Below, one piece after another: positions 13,394 to 35,534 of a stretch of DNA of 64,000 nt. The translations under genes were made by a program, and so were the position numbers. How positions within the stretch are numbered: position 1 is the first letter of the stretch; each line of letters opens with the position of its first letter. The DNA is from Blastocystis sp. Blastoise (taxonomy: Eukaryota > Protista > Bigyra: Opalinata), in assembly GCA_039096225.1 (NCBI GenBank), contig JBBPEB010000015.1, positions 1,860,001 to 1,924,000 on the forward strand, in the 5' to 3' direction. The notes under the pieces were generated by a model. That model saw only the letters and a program-made list of their open reading frames with translations, was not told the origin of the DNA and did no database searches.

Positions 13394-13970
13394 AAAGTAT
13401 TTTTATTTGTATTTAAAAAGTATATTGTGTTTTTAAATAATACTGGATTTTGTTGTGAAATAGTATTAACAGTTTTTTTTAAAGGTATTCAAATAATTCT
13501 AAGTTTATTGACTAAATACTTTTTGTTATAAATTGTATTATAAAGGAAAAGCTACAGTTTTTATATATGAATATATTTTCGTAACTATATATATTTATTT
13601 TCTTGTTATATATACATAAATTGTCATCACTGAATATATTGATCAGTTAAGATCCTATTTAACACATTTATAATTGATAATAATAATTATTGAATAAATT
13701 CAAAGATAAGTTTCAATAAGTATTTATAACATATATAATCAAAATTGTAATATAATTCAAAAGAATACAGGTTCCCGTTAACAAAAGATTTATTAATAAT
13801 AATAATTGTAAAGATAGTACAAAAAAAGTAATCAAAAAATAAAATTATTATAAAAACAATAATATTACTGAATAACGTTTTCTTTCTTAAAAAAATGATC
13901 CACATTTTTGTTCATAATTATATACGATTTATAATAGTCATGAATATATATATAAAGGGTATAAATCTTA

Positions 13971-15828
13971 TTACTTAAAAAGATTACGATATATAGTTGC
14001 TATAGTATTCCATTTTTCTTGAGATATTTTAAAAACTGCTGATTTTTGGAGAATTGTTTGCTCACTATAAATATATATAGTTATATAATAAACTATATAT
14101 ATATACTCTAATGTTTGAAATGCTTCTTCTTTTCGAACTATAATCATTCCAGATAATTCTGCAAATGCAGCCTATAGTAATAATAATAAATATTATATAT
14201 ATTATAAATATAATAATAAATATAATAATAAAAGATACAACATAATATTTTAACGTGATTCAGTATATATATATATATACTTTATATCCAATATCTTCTA
14301 CTGTTATTTGAGGAGTACGAAGGAATAAATATACTGAATTCCCGTGACTATTTATAGATATAGGGTAAAATATATTAGAGTAGAGTATAGATAAGAATAT
14401 ATGATTATTCTATATACTTATTTATCATAATATTAAATGGAATATTCTCTTTGTATAAAGGTTCAATAAACTGAATCAACAATTCTATATATATATATAT
14501 ATGTTTCTATTTTCATTAAGAATATATATATGGACTATTATATACGAGCAAAAGCATGTCTGTTTGGTTTTCCCAGAGTGTTTTCAAATACAATTGTATG
14601 ACATATCCAATCTTCAATTGTATATACATCTATCTTATTATTCTATATATATAATAATAATAATAATAATATATATATTGTTTATGTAATATATACTGAT
14701 AAAAATAATGATTTGGGTTGAAATTGAACTGGAAGTCTATGATCATACTGACTGAAAGCAGTCAAATTTAAACCATGCCACTATTTGATAATAATAATAA
14801 TAATAATAATAAACGTAATAATAATAAACATAATAAATATAATAAACATAATAAATATAATAATAAACATAATAAACATAATAAACATAATAAACATAAA
14901 TAATAAACATAATAAATATAATAAACATAATAAATATAATAATAAATAATATACATGTTGATGATTGACGGATGCCCAACCAGCCAAACTAGAATAGTTA
15001 TATGAATAATAAAATAATAATAATAATATATATATAGAACATTATACGAGTTAAAGAAGATAGCATAGTCATCAGCTTGAAATAAATCAAATATACATAA
15101 TATAGGCTCTTGGAAAGATGGAGTATATATCTATATATATATTAAAATATAAAATAAAATGAATAGAAAACATTTAGAATACTTGAGGATAGTGTTTTGA
15201 GGGATTAGGAACAAAAACATGTTGTCCTGCTGACACTGGTGATACTATATATAAACATAAATATATATTGAAAACATAAATTGATTATTTAGTATCAGAA
15301 TATATACCATTAATATATGTATAAAATACAAGATCACCCTCAACAGAATCATCCTATATATATATAAATGTAATCAAATCAATAATGATAGATAAAATAT
15401 TCTGTAAAAACACTACATACCTTTGAAAACGCAGTACACACGCCATCTTTGTATAATATCTTACATAAGATTTCATTGTGCTTAGCCTTATCAAACGAAA
15501 AGCAATTTGGATTGAAAGGATCTGTCATTGACGGAGACACATTAAAAACACTTCGCTTCTAAGTAGATATATATATAATTTAAGCAACAAGATAATTATT
15601 TTTGTATTGAAATACTGTAGACTCCCAGGATGCATGAAACTGAAGAATGAAATGATAGTGTCCATCGACTTTTCGTCTCTGAATGAGTTCTGGTAATGCT
15701 CTATATAATCCCTCATTCTTGCTAAACAGTAATTCATAATTAAAATGATCTTACAACACATACCATCGTTGCAATTCGTCTACTATGTATTTATCTAAAT
15801 ATCCAATAGGTTTATTGTCAGTACTCAT
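13971..15828 (-). CDS. GDPGP1: GDP-D-glucose phosphorylase (GDPGP1/VTC2-like, HIT superfamily); ~12 exons
   Basis: Spliced: GLYR.., PFNPNCFSFDK..EIL, INVSPVSAGQHVFVP..PQ, FNSLAGWASVNHQHWHG (HxHxH HIT motif), IPFNI, AFAELSG. Confidence 0.88.
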
Positions 15829-16792
15829 TTGCGAAAGCCAAATAAATAATATAATATATAAATAATTGGACGAGAATTCAATAAAGTAATGAAGAATACT
15901 TCCGTTTTAAAGATTTTTAAAGATTCTTCTATGTGTTGTTTTTTTTTTGTTTATATTTAAGTAGTATTAATGGAATAATTTGAAAGCATTTGTATCCTAT
16001 GGCATCAGCTATTTCTGTAGCAACGAAAATGATGTGAACTATTTTGTGAATTAATACTTTTTTTTCTATTTAAAAGGCCAAACATATCACAAAAAAATAA
16101 AAACAAAAAGATGCCAACTATATGGTTATTAATAAAGCATGATTTCTATTTTTTGTTTCAACATCAGCGTTATACTTTATAGAAACGTATATTCATTTAT
16201 CGTTCAATAAAAACAAGAATATTACAAGTAATTCACATGTATATTGTGAACAAAAGAGAAATTTCCTAGATTTGATTTAGTTAACTTTAAATTTCTTCAT
16301 CAAGTTATGTTCATAGGAATGTCCTTTGCATTATATATATAATATATATATAAAATTAGCTTTCCAAAAATATGATGACGTAATCATGAAAACGGATAAG
16401 GTATAGAAGGGTCTTTGTATATCGTTAATCTTATTATAATCGATACTTCTTATGGACTCATGAAGATAAACTATTTATTTTCGGATAATATTTTTGAAAT
16501 TTTTCAAGAAATCACTTAAAATTGCTCGAAAATCGAATGTTAAAGTTCTATTTGAATAAATACGTTCTTCATAATAGATCTCGACCAAAACATACAGATA
16601 ATAATGAGGAATCAAGTTATTTTACATAAAAAAACAAAACCATGGCGTTCCCCTGTTTTTGGGAGAAAAGAAAAACATTCTGTGTTCATAAAAATCTCCA
16701 TGAATATTATGAAAAATGTCCGTTACTTTCCTGACGAGTAGTTCTTTTTAATCAATTCAATTTTATTTTTTCTTTTTATTTACTGAATAAAC

Positions 16793-17815
16793 ATGGCTAA
16801 GATTAATATGAAATATGTGAGTTTGTTCCTCTTAGTGTGCTTTACTAGTGGACAAACTCTTTGTATGAGATATGCTAGAACACAACCTGGTCCTCAATAT
16901 AATTCAGCGACTGCTGTCTTATTAGGAGAAGTAATGAAATTGGTTATGTCTTTCATGTTGATCTGTTTCGAGAAACATTCAATTAGTGGAGGATTTAGTA
17001 CTATTTCCAGAACATTACAAAGTAACCAAATTGATGTCCTTAAACAAGCAATTCCTGCTATTTTATATACTATTCAAAATAATTTCTTGTATGTTGCTAT
17101 TTCAAATCTTGAAGCTGCTGTCTATCAAGTAAGTTCTCAAGTTAAACTGTTAACTGCTGCTATTTTTTCTGTTACTATGCTTGGAAAGCATATTGCTTGT
17201 GCTCAATGGTTTAGTCTCTTTATTCTTGGTATTGGTGTAGCTCTTGTTCAATTAGATAATACTTCTTCTGAACCAAAAGAAAATACTAATCTTTTTATTG
17301 GTTTAGGTGCTATTCTTATTTCTTGTACTACTTCTGGTTTTGCTGGTGTATATATGGAAAGAATGTTTAAAGATGTTAAATTATCTATTTGGGTACGTAA
17401 TTTCTGGTTAGCTTTTTGGAGTTTAATTTCTGGTATACTTATGATTGCTTTTACTAGTCCTTCTACATTTAATCCTTCAAAATTCTTTGAAGGATATTCT
17501 ATTTGGGCGTGGATTGCTATTATTCTTTTAGCTATAGGTGGCTTAATTATTGCTCTTGTCTTAAAATATGCTGATAATATCTTAAAAGCTTTTGGTGGTT
17601 CTGCTTCTATTATTTTATCTAGTATTATTAGTATTTATTTATTTGATTTTAAAGTGAGTACTTTGTTTGCTATTGGATGTTTATTAGTATCTGTTGCTAC
17701 AGTTCTTTATAGTTGGGGTGCTCCTACAACTAAGAAATATCAATCTCTTGCTACTTCAGAGAGTCAACCTTTATTAAGTAAAAAACAAGAAACAAATAAT
17801 ACAACACCACTTTAA
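16793..17815 (+). CDS. SLC35A-family nucleotide-sugar transporter (UDP-Gal/UDP-GlcNAc/CMP-Sia type), intronless
   Basis: Motifs TAVLLGEVMKL, IPAILYTIQNN, YQVSSQVKLLTAA, SGFAGVYME, LKYADNILKAF; about 10 hydrophobic segments. Confidence 0.95.
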   Translation: MAKINMKYVSLFLLVCFTSGQTLCMRYARTQPGPQYNSATAVLLGEVMKLVMSFMLICFEKHSISGGFSTISRTLQSNQIDVLKQAIPAILYTIQNNFLYVAISNLEAAVYQVSSQVKLLTAAIFSVTMLGKHIACAQWFSLFILGIGVALVQLDNTSSEPKENTNLFIGLGAILISCTTSGFAGVYMERMFKDVKLSIWVRNFWLAFWSLISGILMIAFTSPSTFNPSKFFEGYSIWAWIAIILLAIGGLIIALVLKYADNILKAFGGSASIILSSIISIYLFDFKVSTLFAIGCLLVSVATVLYSWGAPTTKKYQSLATSESQPLLSKKQETNNTTPL

Positions 17816-18803
17816 TTATTATATATTTATATATATATATTATTATTAAAAAAAAAAAATTGAAATTAAAATAAATATAAATGTATAGTTCTGTTTTATT
17901 TTTCATTACGATACTATTTGTTTTATTTTTGCTTATATTGTAAACTTTTATCTATTAATTAATGGACATGTAATGTATATATATATATATATATATATTG
18001 CGTAACTTTTTTTTTTTATAATATTTATTTTGAGTATTTTTGAAATTGAACTCTCTTTATTTGTTTTTCATTTCCTTACCTATTATATGTTTCTATTCAT
18101 TTATATTTTGATTATTTTTCGTATTATTTCGTCATGCCACGTAATTCATTATGTTTTTAATTCTTAATTATAGTATAGTTATTATCTGACTAGAATATAT
18201 ATATATATATTATGTTTAGTAAGTTAGGTTTTATGTACAATTATTATTTATTTAAAATTTAATCATTTTATTAATATTAAAAAAGATATAACAAAAAATA
18301 AAATAAACAAATATAATATTGTTTTGATTCACAACATATAAAAATCAGTATAATTATAGAAATGATTATACAAGAAAAGTATCCTAAAGATAATTGATAA
18401 AAGAAAAAAAGGAATATAAAGCTAAGAGATGACTGTCAATAAAGACAAATATACAAAAATTAAAAAAAATAAAAAATCTAAGTTTACAAATATATATATA
18501 TGTTAAATATAAATGACATCAAGCAATATATAAATATATATTATAAAGAATTAAAAGAATGTATACATTATTTTAAAACGACCAAATAGTAACGAAGGGT
18601 ATATGTGTTATATATATATTATAATTATAAAAGGAAACATAGTCAGAAGTATATATCAATTTGCTTGAAGTATAAAATATTAATTAAACTAAAAAAGATA
18701 TAGACATATAGATATCCATTAAGAATATAAAAAATAAATAAATAAATAAATATATATATATATATATATGATAGTTTTATTTATATAGAGTAGTACTTAT
18801 ATA

Positions 18804-27066
<8,263 letters not shown>

Positions 27067-28304
27067 CCTCTAAAGAAACAATTCAATAAGAAATGGAGAC
27101 GAACAACATACTTTATGTTTCTTCTATATGTATATAATAATAAGAAAAAATAAAAATTGAATCAAAATTTAAATTGTCTTGTTTAAAAAAGATTTATTCT
27201 TTTTTGTTTTTTCAAAACAAGAGATAAACAGAATAATCAATGCTTAGAGAAAAAAAAGCAAATTTCTATCTATGTGACGCATATATCGTATCATTGGTTG
27301 CATTGATTTCATCTGCTAAAATGATTGGTTTTTAGGAATTGAGTGTTTGATGCATCTTCGTTTGTCAAAAGAGCGGTTTTCGAGCAATAAAATGAAAGTT
27401 TTAATGGAAATACTAATTTTAGACTAATAATTTTGAGAATCTCCATGATTAATATTTAAACAGAAAAAAAGTGAAGACAACTTCGTCCTCCAATTTTTTT
27501 TTATATTTTTCAATGGTTGGAGATCTTTTATGAAGCACCATTTGAGTGATTACAGAGAGCAATTGTCAATAAAGATCCAAAAAACAAAAGTCGTTTCGTT
27601 TTCATTGTGATTCAACGACGTTGTGTTTTTCTTTGTAAACCATTAACTTCTTGCCATTGAGAATATTTATAAGAATACAAACAAGAACATATCCGTGAAT
27701 TAACAGAACGTAATATAAGAAATGTGTGAAGTATATATGGAATAACACTTTACTTTTCAATTTCCATAAATTTATTCTATGAGCCTGTCATGAGTTGACG
27801 ATATACGTATGCTTATTTTTATTATAATTAATCAGTTTTCAAATTGATGTGCTTAATTTTTTTCAATTGTATGAGATATACTTTTCTTTTGATCTATTGA
27901 ATAGTTCTTGATCTTTTGAGATTATATAGAAAAATAATTCTTACGATAAAATACACTAACAGAAAAAATGTCTTCATTGTCTGCGTAAAACATTGTTTAG
28001 TGAAGTATTTTATTTCTCAAGTAGGTCATTTACATAAATATGAAAATGATTGTTATTTGCATATTCTAAAATGATATTCTAAAACAGAATAGACAAGACT
28101 TAGAAGACAGTTTGTTACATAAGAAACGAATGGAAACTTGAAGTTTTAGACGTATTCAATCAAGATTAATTACGCTTGATTTTCTGGAAGACTAAGAATT
28201 CTCATCAGTTTTTTCTTGTTTTTTACATATATTTTAACTAATAAACACGAAAACAGCAATCAGGTATGATATTTATTAAGTATTATATTTGATAGGATGT
28301 ATAG

Positions 28305-28900
28305 ATGAGTGATCAAGATAATATTGATTATAGTTTTAAGATTTTATTGATTGGTGATGCTGGAGTAGGGAAAAGCAGTATTCTTCTACGTTTTACAGAT
28401 AATACATTTAATCCAGATCAAACGGCTACAATTGGCGTTGATTTCAAGCCTAAGATCTTAAAGATCGATGGAAAGAATATCAGAATCACATTATGGGATA
28501 CAGCTGGCCAAGAGCGTTTCCGAACTTTGATTAACAGTTATTATAGAGGTGCTCAAGGAATTATTCTTGTTTATGATGTAACTCGACGTGATTCTTTTGA
28601 AAATTTGAATTATTGGTTAAATGAATGCGAAAATTATTGTACAAATTCAGGTAAAGATGCAGTCAAGTTAATTGTAGCGAATAAAATTGATCGAGTATTT
28701 TTTAAAATTTATATTTAATATAGTATTTTTTATAATTATATAAATATTTAATATATATTTTTTTATAATTATATAAATATATAATATAGTTTTATAAAAT
28801 TATAATATATAATATAATAGTTTTTTTTTATACATGCTATATATATAGAGTGATCGAGTTGTATCACAAGCAGAAGGAGAACAAATGGCTAAAGACCAAG

Positions 28901-28938
<38 letters not shown>

Positions 28939-29364
28939 TCTTTATTTTATAATGTATTCTATTTTATATATATATAGGGAACATTGTATATTGAAACAAG
29001 TGCAAAGACAAATATTGGAATTTCTTCTGTTTTTGATGAACTTATTCATAAAGTAAATAATTGATAATCTTTATAATCTACTAATTTATTTTTTCTTCAT
29101 ATTTTTTTCTTCATATTTATATATATCTTCTATCTTTTTTTCTTCGTTTATAAATTCTGAAATCAATCATTTGTCTGTTTTATTCTAGAATTATATTACA
29201 TTAAATATATATTATATATATATAATACAGCTTATATTGTATTGTTTCTATAGATATTAGAAAATCCATCTATATTATCAAAATCAATAAAACCTAAAAG
29301 AGTCATTAATCCTACTCCTCCTCCTTCCGCTTCTACTATTGATGATACTTCTTGCGGCTGTTAA
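28305..29364 (+). CDS. RAB18: Rab18-like small GTPase; 4 coding exons
   Basis: [58 protein letters not shown]; C-terminal CGC prenylation motif. Confidence 0.88.
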
Positions 29365-29978
29365 ATATATATATACATAGTAAATTATATATTTTCTTAA
29401 ATATTGTTTTTTATACTCTATAATTTCATTCTTTTCTAGGGAACTTTTTTTTATTGTTTTAAAACATATATTTACAAATCTCTCTTATATATATATATAT
29501 TAAACTTGAATTTATTTAGTAAATCCTAAATTTTATAATAATTTATTTATTAAACTCTTTCAATATTTTTAATTCTTTTCCATTTATTTTTCTGTTTACT
29601 TTTTATTATTTATTCTTTTTTTCTTTGTTATCTTGTTTTGTTATTAAAATGTACGTATAGATTTATATATATATGTAAATCTACTCACTTCTAGGAAATA
29701 AAATCTTTTCTAGAACGACGGTTTCAGTATTCTTTTGCGTTAAGATCGCATTTTTTTTTATGTTTATTGTTAAAGATTTCTGATGAATCATTGGATTATT
29801 TAAATGAGCGTCATTTGTATTTGAATGGCTATAAAAAATAACTAAGAAATAATCATAATTATTCGTTGCAACAGTTGGGTTTTTGTATTTATTCACCTGA
29901 TTATCGCATAAACCGTTTTGTTGAAACGCTTCATTGTTTTTATTTAACATCAGTGTTTAATTGTTTTTTTATTTAACA

Positions 29979-31430
29979 ATGAAAGGTTTTTTCGTAATTT
30001 GTCTTTGTTTTGCTGTTGCTATCTCTGCATACACGTATATATGTTTGCTATATATTTTTAAATAATAATCATAGACCTGGTGATGGTGCTGTCGATAGAA
30101 AAATTAGTTTAGAAATGGTTGAGAAAGTATCCTATCCTGTCCTTGAAGCTCTTAGTCGTGACTCGTTCCGTAAGGAGTTTATTCAAGAGAAAACACCTCA
30201 TCGTCCTGATAATACTTCTACTAATGCTTATGCCGAAGGTTTTGCTCGTAGTCTTATGGGTATTGCTCCTTGGATTAATTTAGGACCTTCTGAAACAGAA
30301 GAAGGTAAGATGAGAGCTCAATATTTAAATCTTACTGTAAAAGCTTTTAAGAATTTTAATGATCCTAAAGCTAAAGATTATATTCTTTTGAATGGTGGTG
30401 GTCAGAAATTAGTTGAAGCTGCTTTCTTTGCTCTTTCTTTACTTCAAGCTCCTATTTTATGGGAGAATTTTGATAATGAGACTAGAGTAAATGTAGAAAG
30501 TAATCTTCGTCGTGCATTACATGATTCTGGTAAATATAAGAACAATTGGGTTCTTTTCCCTGCTTGTGTTGAAGCTGCATTATTAAAATATACTTCTTAT
30601 CAAGGTACTACTTGGATAGAAGAAGGTGTTAATTTAATAAATGGTTGGTATAAGGGTGATGGTATGTATGGTGATGGTTCTTCTTTCCATATGGATTATT
30701 ATAATTCTCTTGTTATGCATCCTTTATTAACTGCTTGTGTTGAATTATTAAAAGAAAAAGGACATAGCATGGGTAGTAAATATGATTGTTTTATGAAGAG
30801 ATCTGCTCGTTATGCTTATGTATGTTATTGTTTGTTTGTTTTTATTATTTTTATTTATTTATTTATTATATTTATTATATTTATTTATTATATTTATTAT
30901 TAATATTATATTTATTATTAATATTATATTTATTATTATTATTATTTTTATTATTAATATTATTTAATAATAATAATTCTTATTTTATATTTCCTTTCTT
31001 TATATAGATTTTAGAGAGATTTATTATGCCTGATGGTTCTTATCCTATAGTAGGTCGTTCTGAAGCTTATAGAATAGGTGTTTTCCATCATTTATCTGAT
31101 TCTGTTCTTCGTAATAATTTATTAAAACGTCAAAGTAAACCAGCTGTGCGTAGTGCTTTAACTGCTCTTATTTCAAAGTTTTTAGAAAATAAAGATAATT
31201 TTATTGATGATAAATGGTTAAGTGTTGGTGTTTATGGACATCAACCTCATCAAGGTGATGGATATATTAATACTGGTTCTACTTACTTTGTCACTAATGT
31301 ATTAAAACACTTAGGTTTACCTGAAAATGATACTTATTGGACTGAAAAAGGACAATATTGGGATCAAGCTCAATTATGGCAAGGAATTGATATTGAATTA
31401 GATGAAGCTTATGATGGAGGTAACTGTTAA
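29979..31430 (+). CDS. Secreted DUF2264 protein (probable GH154-like glycoside hydrolase); 3 exons
   Basis: Signal peptide MKGFFVICLCFAVAISA. Motifs EGFARSLMGIAPW, QKLVEAAF, NNWVLF, WYKGDGMYGDG..FHMDYYNS, PIVGRSEAYR, YINTGSTY. Confidence 0.85.
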
Positions 31431-31601
31431 ATACTCTTAATGAGTCTATTTTATTATTCTATAGTTTTGTTATAAAAATATATATATTTATTTTTAAAAA
31501 TTATCATATATATTTCTATTGTTTTTGAATAAGTAAATGTAATAACAAAAAAATAATAGAATAACGTTATTAAGTCATACTAAATACATAATATAATATG
31601 T

Positions 31602-32632
31602 TTATAAAGTTAATGTTTGGAATTTGTATATTTTTCTACATCACGTTCGTATATTAAGGAATCAAAGAGATAAAACTATTTTTATAAATAAAATTAATAA
31701 AAAATAATAATAAAAGATAAAAAATATTTAAAAATAATAATAATAATATGATTATAATAATAAAAGGATATTTAGCATAGCATTTTCAACAATAGAATTG
31801 ATATGTTGTTGCATAGAAGGAATAAGCCAGCATGCATGAACTGCACCTTTAAATTCTTCAAAATGAACTTCTTTATTAAGTTTTAAGAGTTTCTCTTTAT
31901 ATTCAATACCACCATCTCTGCAAATATCATGTTCATCCACAAATATATATGTAGGAGGAACATACATTTCACAAGTTAACTCAGGATCATATATACCTAA
32001 AATAATAAGTATAAGTATACTATTAATATATACAGGGACTTCCTTCAGGACTACAAAATTCCTAAAAAATAAATAATAATATATATTTATCAATAACGAA
32101 TATATATATATACATCAATAGAATGATAAAAATAAGAGACAAAACATCCCATATGATAATTAGTTAAACCATAATATAATCCTAAATATATATATTTGAT
32201 TGCATTATATAATTTATTTTATATATCATATATTTTAGATATAATATATTTTAGACATAATATATTATATATATTATATATTATATATATTATATATATT
32301 ATATATTATATATATACCTTTAGTAGCATCTGATTTTGACATTTGACGAGTATCAGCAGCAGGATAAATAGCAAACTATACTTATATATAGAATAAATAA
32401 TAAATGAATTTTCACTATTAATATAAATTATAATACATTTTGTCTAATTTTATATTTATAATTTTCTTTAGCAAATCTGAACATCATATCAGCGCATATA
32501 TGACCACCAGCTGAGTCTCCTATTAAATAAGTTAATTCAGGATTAATTTTATATTCTTCAGCATGGTCTAATACATACTATAATATATAATATAATAGTA
32601 TATAAATATAATGTAAAAATATATATATATTA

Positions 32633-32670
<38 letters not shown>

Positions 32671-33320
32671 TATATAATATAAACATAAATATATATAAAC
32701 AAAAAATATATACACAAAAAAATATATATAATATAAAAAAATATACTCTGAGAACATCATCAGAATCATTAATAGGAACAGGGAACTTGACTTCAGGAGC
32801 TAAACGATAATGGACATAACAAACAGCACAATGAGTTCTTTCAATAATATCATGATAAGCAGGTACATAGAGTAATTCATAATCACTGACCCAACCACCA
32901 CCATGGACAAAATATAAAAGAGGAAGTGTCGCATCAACATCAGAAGCACTTCGAATCATTTCAAACTCGATAATACTACCATCTCTAGCTTTAGTCTGAT
33001 AAACTTTGCGAATAAATTTCTTATTCTTATGTAAAACTAGAAAAGAAAATAAATAATAATGTCTCATGTGCATAATAAAAGCAAGAGAAAAACAGAATCA
33101 TACAGCTTTCAAGGAATCTCATGACTTTTTGGGTAAGATTTCTTCTCCAAATAAATGTAGGAGCATCATATGCACTCTTTCCATAAAAAAGAGCATCATT
33201 GAGGATATTTAAGAGAAATGCTAAACACGCCATTGGGAATGAAAGTCTGAAGTTCCATAGTTGAACTATGGGTAACACAAAGAAACCAAATAAGGCACCA
33301 AAAATAAACGATTGAAACAT
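31602..33320 (-). CDS. Hormone-sensitive-lipase-family alpha/beta hydrolase with hydrophobic N-terminus; 8 exons
   Basis: HGGGW, YRLAPE..FP, GDSAGG nucleophile elbow, DEHDICRD, GAVHA. The last exon is joined by an AT-AC intron. Confidence 0.9.
31645..31771 (-). other. U12-type AT-AC intron (127 nt, phase 1)
   Basis: Donor ATATCCTTT, branch TTCCTTAAT, acceptor ..GAAC. Splicing gives in-frame ..AMLSDVEKIYKFQTLTL*. Confidence 0.88.
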
Positions 33321-33869
33321 TTGAGGAAAAGAAAAGAAAAATGGTTTTAAAAAAATGTCATAGAATCATCAGAATTCTGGAGAAGTACGAAACAGCCGTT
33401 TGAGAGATGGGTGTTTAGTAAAATAAAAAAACGATTGTTTATTCTAAAAATTGATTTATTTTAATATATATATATAATCTTGACATGCTGTATTGTTTAT
33501 AACATAGTTTTTTGAGATGAGTTTAATAGAAAATAAAGCAATTGTTCTAGTATATCATGAGCGTTGATCTGTTTAGAAAAGCTAAGGTAATGGTATAAAT
33601 ACGATAATAATGAGAAGAATATGTGAAAAAATGAAATAAAATATGAGTTGTGATGCTATTATCCATAGTTAAAACAAACCTTAATAAAAACGTATAAAGA
33701 ATCAAGAAATTCACTAATAAAAAAAAAGAGAAAAAGAAAGAATCATGAAGTATCATAGAGATGAATATATATATAATAATATATAAATCAATAATAGAAG
33801 TATTAAAAAAAAAATAAATTACCCACAATAAACTATTTATATTAATAGTAATAGTAAAAATGTGTTTGC

Positions 33870-35292
33870 TTATTCTGCATTATGATATACTTCATCTACA
33901 TCTTCTAAGTCTTCAAGATTACTTAATAACTTTTCTAATTTAGCTTCTTGATCAGGAGTTAAACTTTGTGTATTCTATATATAAAAATAATGATTATTAT
34001 TATTATAGAGTAATAAATAAGTATATAAATAGATATATAAATAGAGAATATAATAATAATAATAGAATAATAAAAATTAGCCAATCCAATATATATATAT
34101 ATATACGACAGGAACTTCAGCGATTTCAATTTCTCCATCATATCCTTTTTCTTGAAGAAGAGAGGAGACTTCACGAAGATTTGTAGGTTCACAACTTATC
34201 TATATAGATTAATCATTCATAATATATATTTATTATATAATAATATAAAATTTAAAAATGATATATATAGGTGAGTTAAAAAGAAAATTGTTATATGTAT
34301 AATATATATTTAATAATAGGTTATTGATAATATACAGTAAAGCAATCGTCTAATTCTTCAACATCATCAGCACCTGAATCTAAAGCAGCTTCCATTAACT
34401 TCTCATCATCTATATCCTTTGTCTTTAATATCTATAGTATAGTATATAGAATTATAATATAATAATATAATAATATAATAATATAATATAATAATTATAA
34501 TATAATATAATATAATAATAATTAAGATATAATATAATAATATAATAATTATAATATAATACAATATAATAATATAATAATTAAGATATAATATAATAAT
34601 ATAATAATATAATATATACTTCCATTTGACCCATAGTTTTAAAACACCATTGAACACAACCATTATTTTCAAGAACACCTATTTAATAATAATAAAATAT
34701 AAGTATAATAATAATAAACATATATATATATATATATATATATGTACCGCCTCCTTCTTTAAGTACATGTCTTATTTGAGCAACTGTACGATTCTTATTA
34801 TCTGTTTTACATTCGATAATAAGAGCAACACCACCAGGACCATGAGCTTCATAAGTTAATTCATCTAAAGCAACAGCATCTTTACCTTGACTTCTCTTAA
34901 TTAATCTCTCTATGTTATCTTTAGGCATATTAATAGCTTTAGCCTTTGAAATAGCAGCTTTTAACTTTAAATTCTTTACTAAAGAATAGTACTCATATAG
35001 TAAAGGATATTCAGATATTATATTTGAAATAAAACAATGAAAATAATATAGATTTACCAGGATCTGTTCCATTTCTAGCAGCAGCCATAATAGATTTACC
35101 AATCTTAGCATAAGTCGCACTCTTCTTAATATCAGCTTTACCCTTATCATGCTTAATCTTAGCCCAATGAGAGTGACCAGAAAAACGAACAAATTGGAGA
35201 TAATTAAGAGTTGTTTCAGGTTTGAATGTGTTCATCGAAACATGTTGTATACAAGAACGTGATTTAAGGAGTGTCGACACTAATCTGTTCAT
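33870..35292 (-). CDS. TACO1: TACO1/YebC family protein with predicted organellar presequence; 6 exons
   Basis: SGHSHWAKIKHDKG, NMPKDNIER, YEAHGPGGVALIIECKTDNKNRT, LEDLEDVDEVYHN. N-terminal extension is R/S/L-rich and acid-poor. Confidence 0.92.
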
Positions 35293-35534
35293 CTTTCTAA
35301 AATATAGAGCATAAAAAAATAATGAACAACTACATACCTGATGCAGAAATCAATATAAAATTATTTTAATTTTATTAGCAAAATGATTGGAATTCTTAAA
35401 AATGTAGGAGAAACGGTTCTATTTTCCATGTTTTTTATTTTTAAGGGGAAAACAATTCTATTCTGTAGGTTAGTAGGTTTTTATTAAATAGAATTTTAAA
35501 ATATCTTTTTCTTATTTTGAAGGCATTAATCACT

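Noticed and set aside
15899-16085. Possible upstream exons (MFGLLNRKK..) of GDPGP1 with a GA donor
   Set aside because: An ATG at 15828 already gives a complete, homologous N-terminus, so extra exons are unnecessary.
27100-28260. Repeat-poor intergenic stretches (also ~9920-10630 and ~16000-16790) as ncRNA loci
   Set aside because: No tRNA cloverleaf, paired C/D boxes or snRNA motifs that I could support. An Rfam/Infernal scan would be needed.
29681-29950. Minus-strand 89-aa ORF upstream of the DUF2264 gene
   Set aside because: No recognisable motifs; it overlaps the presumed promoter and is likely a chance ORF.
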